Origin: Holophagales bacterium
Lineage (GTDB): Bacteria; Acidobacteriota; Thermoanaerobaculia; Multivoradales; Multivoraceae
Assembly (NCBI GenBank): GCA_009836625.1
Contig: VXVC01000003.1
Location: 17,218-81,217, forward strand
DNA length: 64,000 bases
Reading direction: 5' to 3'
Below, one piece after another: positions 62,327-64,000 of the stretch. Within the stretch, counting starts at the first letter, position 1, and the number at the start of each line of letters is the position of its first letter. Both the position numbers and the translations under genes were made by a program. The notes under the pieces are model-generated. The model worked only from the letters and a program-made list of their open reading frames with translations, had not been told where the DNA came from and ran no database searches.

Positions 62327-63690
62327 GAACCGCGTTCGGGATCGATGCCGTAGGCCTGGAGCTTGCGGTACAGGTGGCGGCGGTCGATTCCGAGGTCCCG
62401 GGCGGTTTGAGAGACGTTGCCGCCCGCGGCGCCGAGCCGTCGCTCGATGTAGAGCCGCTCGAAGGTCTCGCGGGCCTCCTTGAGCGAGGCGTAGTCGCTT
62501 TCGACCGGAGCGGTCGCGTCCGTGCCGCGAACCCGCGGCGGCAGGTCCGCCTCCGTGACCACGTCTCCCGGCGCCATGATCATCAGGCGTTCGCTCAGGT
62601 TGCGGAGTTCCCGCACGTTCCCCGGCCACGAGTAGGCGACCAGCCGCTCGAGCGCTTGAGCGTCGATCGTCTTGGGACGACGGCCTGCCTCGGCTGCGAA
62701 GCGCTGTAGGAAGTGGTCGATCAGGGCCGGGATGTCCTCGCGCCGCTCACGAAGCGCCGGCACGTGGAGCGGAATGACGGCGAGGCGGAAGTAGAGGTCC
62801 TCGCGGAACCGGCCGGCCGGGAGTTCACCCTCTTCCAGGTTCTTGTTCGTCGCCGCCAGCACCCGCACGTCGACCTCGATCGGCTCGGAACCTCCCACCC
62901 GTTCGAACCGCTGCTCCTCGAGCACGCGCAGCACCTTGGCCTGGGTGTTCAGCGACATGTCGGCGATCTCGTCCAGGAACAGGGTGCCTCCGTCGGCCTG
63001 CTCGAAACGTCCCCGGCGGTTCTCCGAGGCTCCGGTGAAGGCGCCCTTGATGTGGCCGAACAGTTCGCTCTCGATCAGCTCCTCCGGGATCGCGGCGCAG
63101 TTCACTTCGACGAAGGCGCGGCTCCTGCGCTGGGAGAGGTTGTGGACACGCCGTGCGACCAGCTCCTTGCCTGTGCCGTTCTCGCCGGTGATCAGGATCC
63201 GGCTTTCGGCGCGCGCCGCGAGCTTCAGCTCGTCCTTCAATTGCCTCATCGGCGGGGAGTCGCCGATGAGCTGCCGCTCCGGATCGAGCCGGTTCGACAG
63301 CTCCCGCACTTGGCGTTCGAGACGGTTGCGCTCCAGCGCGTTTTCGACCGACACGACGACCCGGTTGAGCGCCAGCGGCTTCTCCAGGAAGTCGTGCGCG
63401 CCGATTCGCATCGCCTTGACCGCCGTGTCGATGTTCCCGTGGCCGGAGATGACGATCACCGGGGTCTGGAAGTCGCCTTCCCGTAGTTCTTCCAGGATCT
63501 CCAGGCCGTCGCGGTCGGGCAGCCAGACGTCGAGCAGGACGAGATCGAACTCGTCGCTCGCCATCAGCGCCTGGCCGCTCACCGCGTCCGCCGCCGCGGT
63601 CACCGAGTGGCCTTCGTCCTCGAGGATGCCCCGCAGCGTCTGGCGGATGCCGGCCTCGTCGTCGACGATCAGAATGCGCGCCTTGCTCAT
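62323..63690 (-). CDS. ntrX: Sigma54-type response regulator, NtrX-like
   Basis: REC domain (VDDE, LDVWLP, ISGHG, EKP), GENGTGKE, intact GAFTGA, FLDEI, WPGNVREL, Fis-type HTH. Confidence 0.85.
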   Translation of the reverse strand: MSKARILIVDDEAGIRQTLRGILEDEGHSVTAAADAVSGQALMASDEFDLVLLDVWLPDRDGLEILEELREGDFQTPVIVISGHGNIDTAVKAMRIGAHDFLEKPLALNRVVVSVENALERNRLERQVRELSNRLDPERQLIGDSPPMRQLKDELKLAARAESRILITGENGTGKELVARRVHNLSQRRSRAFVEVNCAAIPEELIESELFGHIKGAFTGASENRRGRFEQADGGTLFLDEIADMSLNTQAKVLRVLEEQRFERVGGSEPIEVDVRVLAATNKNLEEGELPAGRFREDLYFRLAVIPLHVPALRERREDIPALIDHFLQRFAAEAGRRPKTIDAQALERLVAYSWPGNVRELRNLSERLMIMAPGDVVTEADLPPRVRGTDATAPVESDYASLKEARETFERLYIERRLGAAGGNVSQTARDLGIDRRHLYRKLQAYGIDPERGS

Positions 63691-63711
63691 CTTCGGTTGG
63701 TTGGCGCGGAG

Positions 63712-64000
63712 CTACCGCGGCAGCTCGGACTGGGGCAACTCGATGGTGAAGGTCGTGCCGTGAGGCTCATTGTCCTCGACCCGGATCGAGCCGTTGTGGT
63801 CGCTCACGATGCGCTGGACGATGGCGAGGCCCAGCCCCGACCCCCGTCCCTTGGTCGAAAAGTACGGCAGGAAGAGCTTCTCGCGGGCCCCCTGCGGCAC
63901 GCCGCTGCCGGTGTCCCTGACGGAGAGGTCGAAGACCCCGTTGCTGCGGCTGGCCCGGACCGTCACCTGGCCGGGCGGGTTGGTGGCGGCGATGGCGTTG
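63712..64000 (-). CDS. Sensor histidine kinase, C-terminal HATPase (NtrY-like); 5' part outside the window
   Basis: NAI, DTGSGV, LFLPYFSTK, GSGLGLAIV, HNG; upstream of the NtrX-like gene. Confidence 0.88.
   Translation of the reverse strand, partial: NAIAATNPPGQVTVRASRSNGVFDLSVRDTGSGVPQGAREKLFLPYFSTKGRGSGLGLAIVQRIVSDHNGSIRVEDNEPHGTTFTIELPQSELPR

Overview
This is a gene-dense, very GC-rich (about 70% by eye) stretch of a diderm bacterial chromosome. The gene content suggests Acidobacteriota, which is an inference from the waaA-lpxK pair, three FG-GAP/ASPIC-UnbV proteins, a cohesin-tailed secretin and ntrYX. About 54 CDSs tile the window with almost no intergenic space. I found no rRNA, tRNA, CRISPR array, transposase or prophage gene. 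In order, the window carries: a partial membrane-anchored MutS-like gene (absent from the ORF track) and a family VIII esterase; a Liv-type ABC importer with an embedded acyl-CoA ligase; tyrA; an M19 dipeptidase, Nudix and MBL hydrolase trio; two ASPIC/CRTAC1 genes plus a TPR gene; a SigW-like ECF sigma with an anti-sigma/bactofilin/membrane fusion partner; a coupled HAL2-rfbBAC-DUF4301-TVP38-MerA-like operon; pcnB; CaiB plus MaoC; gltA, queE and acnA; YqgE; dut; a T2SS/type IV filament operon headed by an ECF sigma, a zinc anti-sigma and a 247-aa 'mini-secretin'; waaA-lpxK; an NSS transporter; a third ASPIC gene; polA; an LLM oxidoreductase; and selB-ntrX-ntrY (partial). The best candidate for a poorly described system is the ECF sigma / anti-sigma / mini-secretin module at the head of the secretion operon. 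Also notable are a shared ECF-type promoter motif at both sigma loci, repeated leaderless promoter architecture, and a two-state RNA helix in the queE leader. All calls come from reading motifs by eye; no database search was run.
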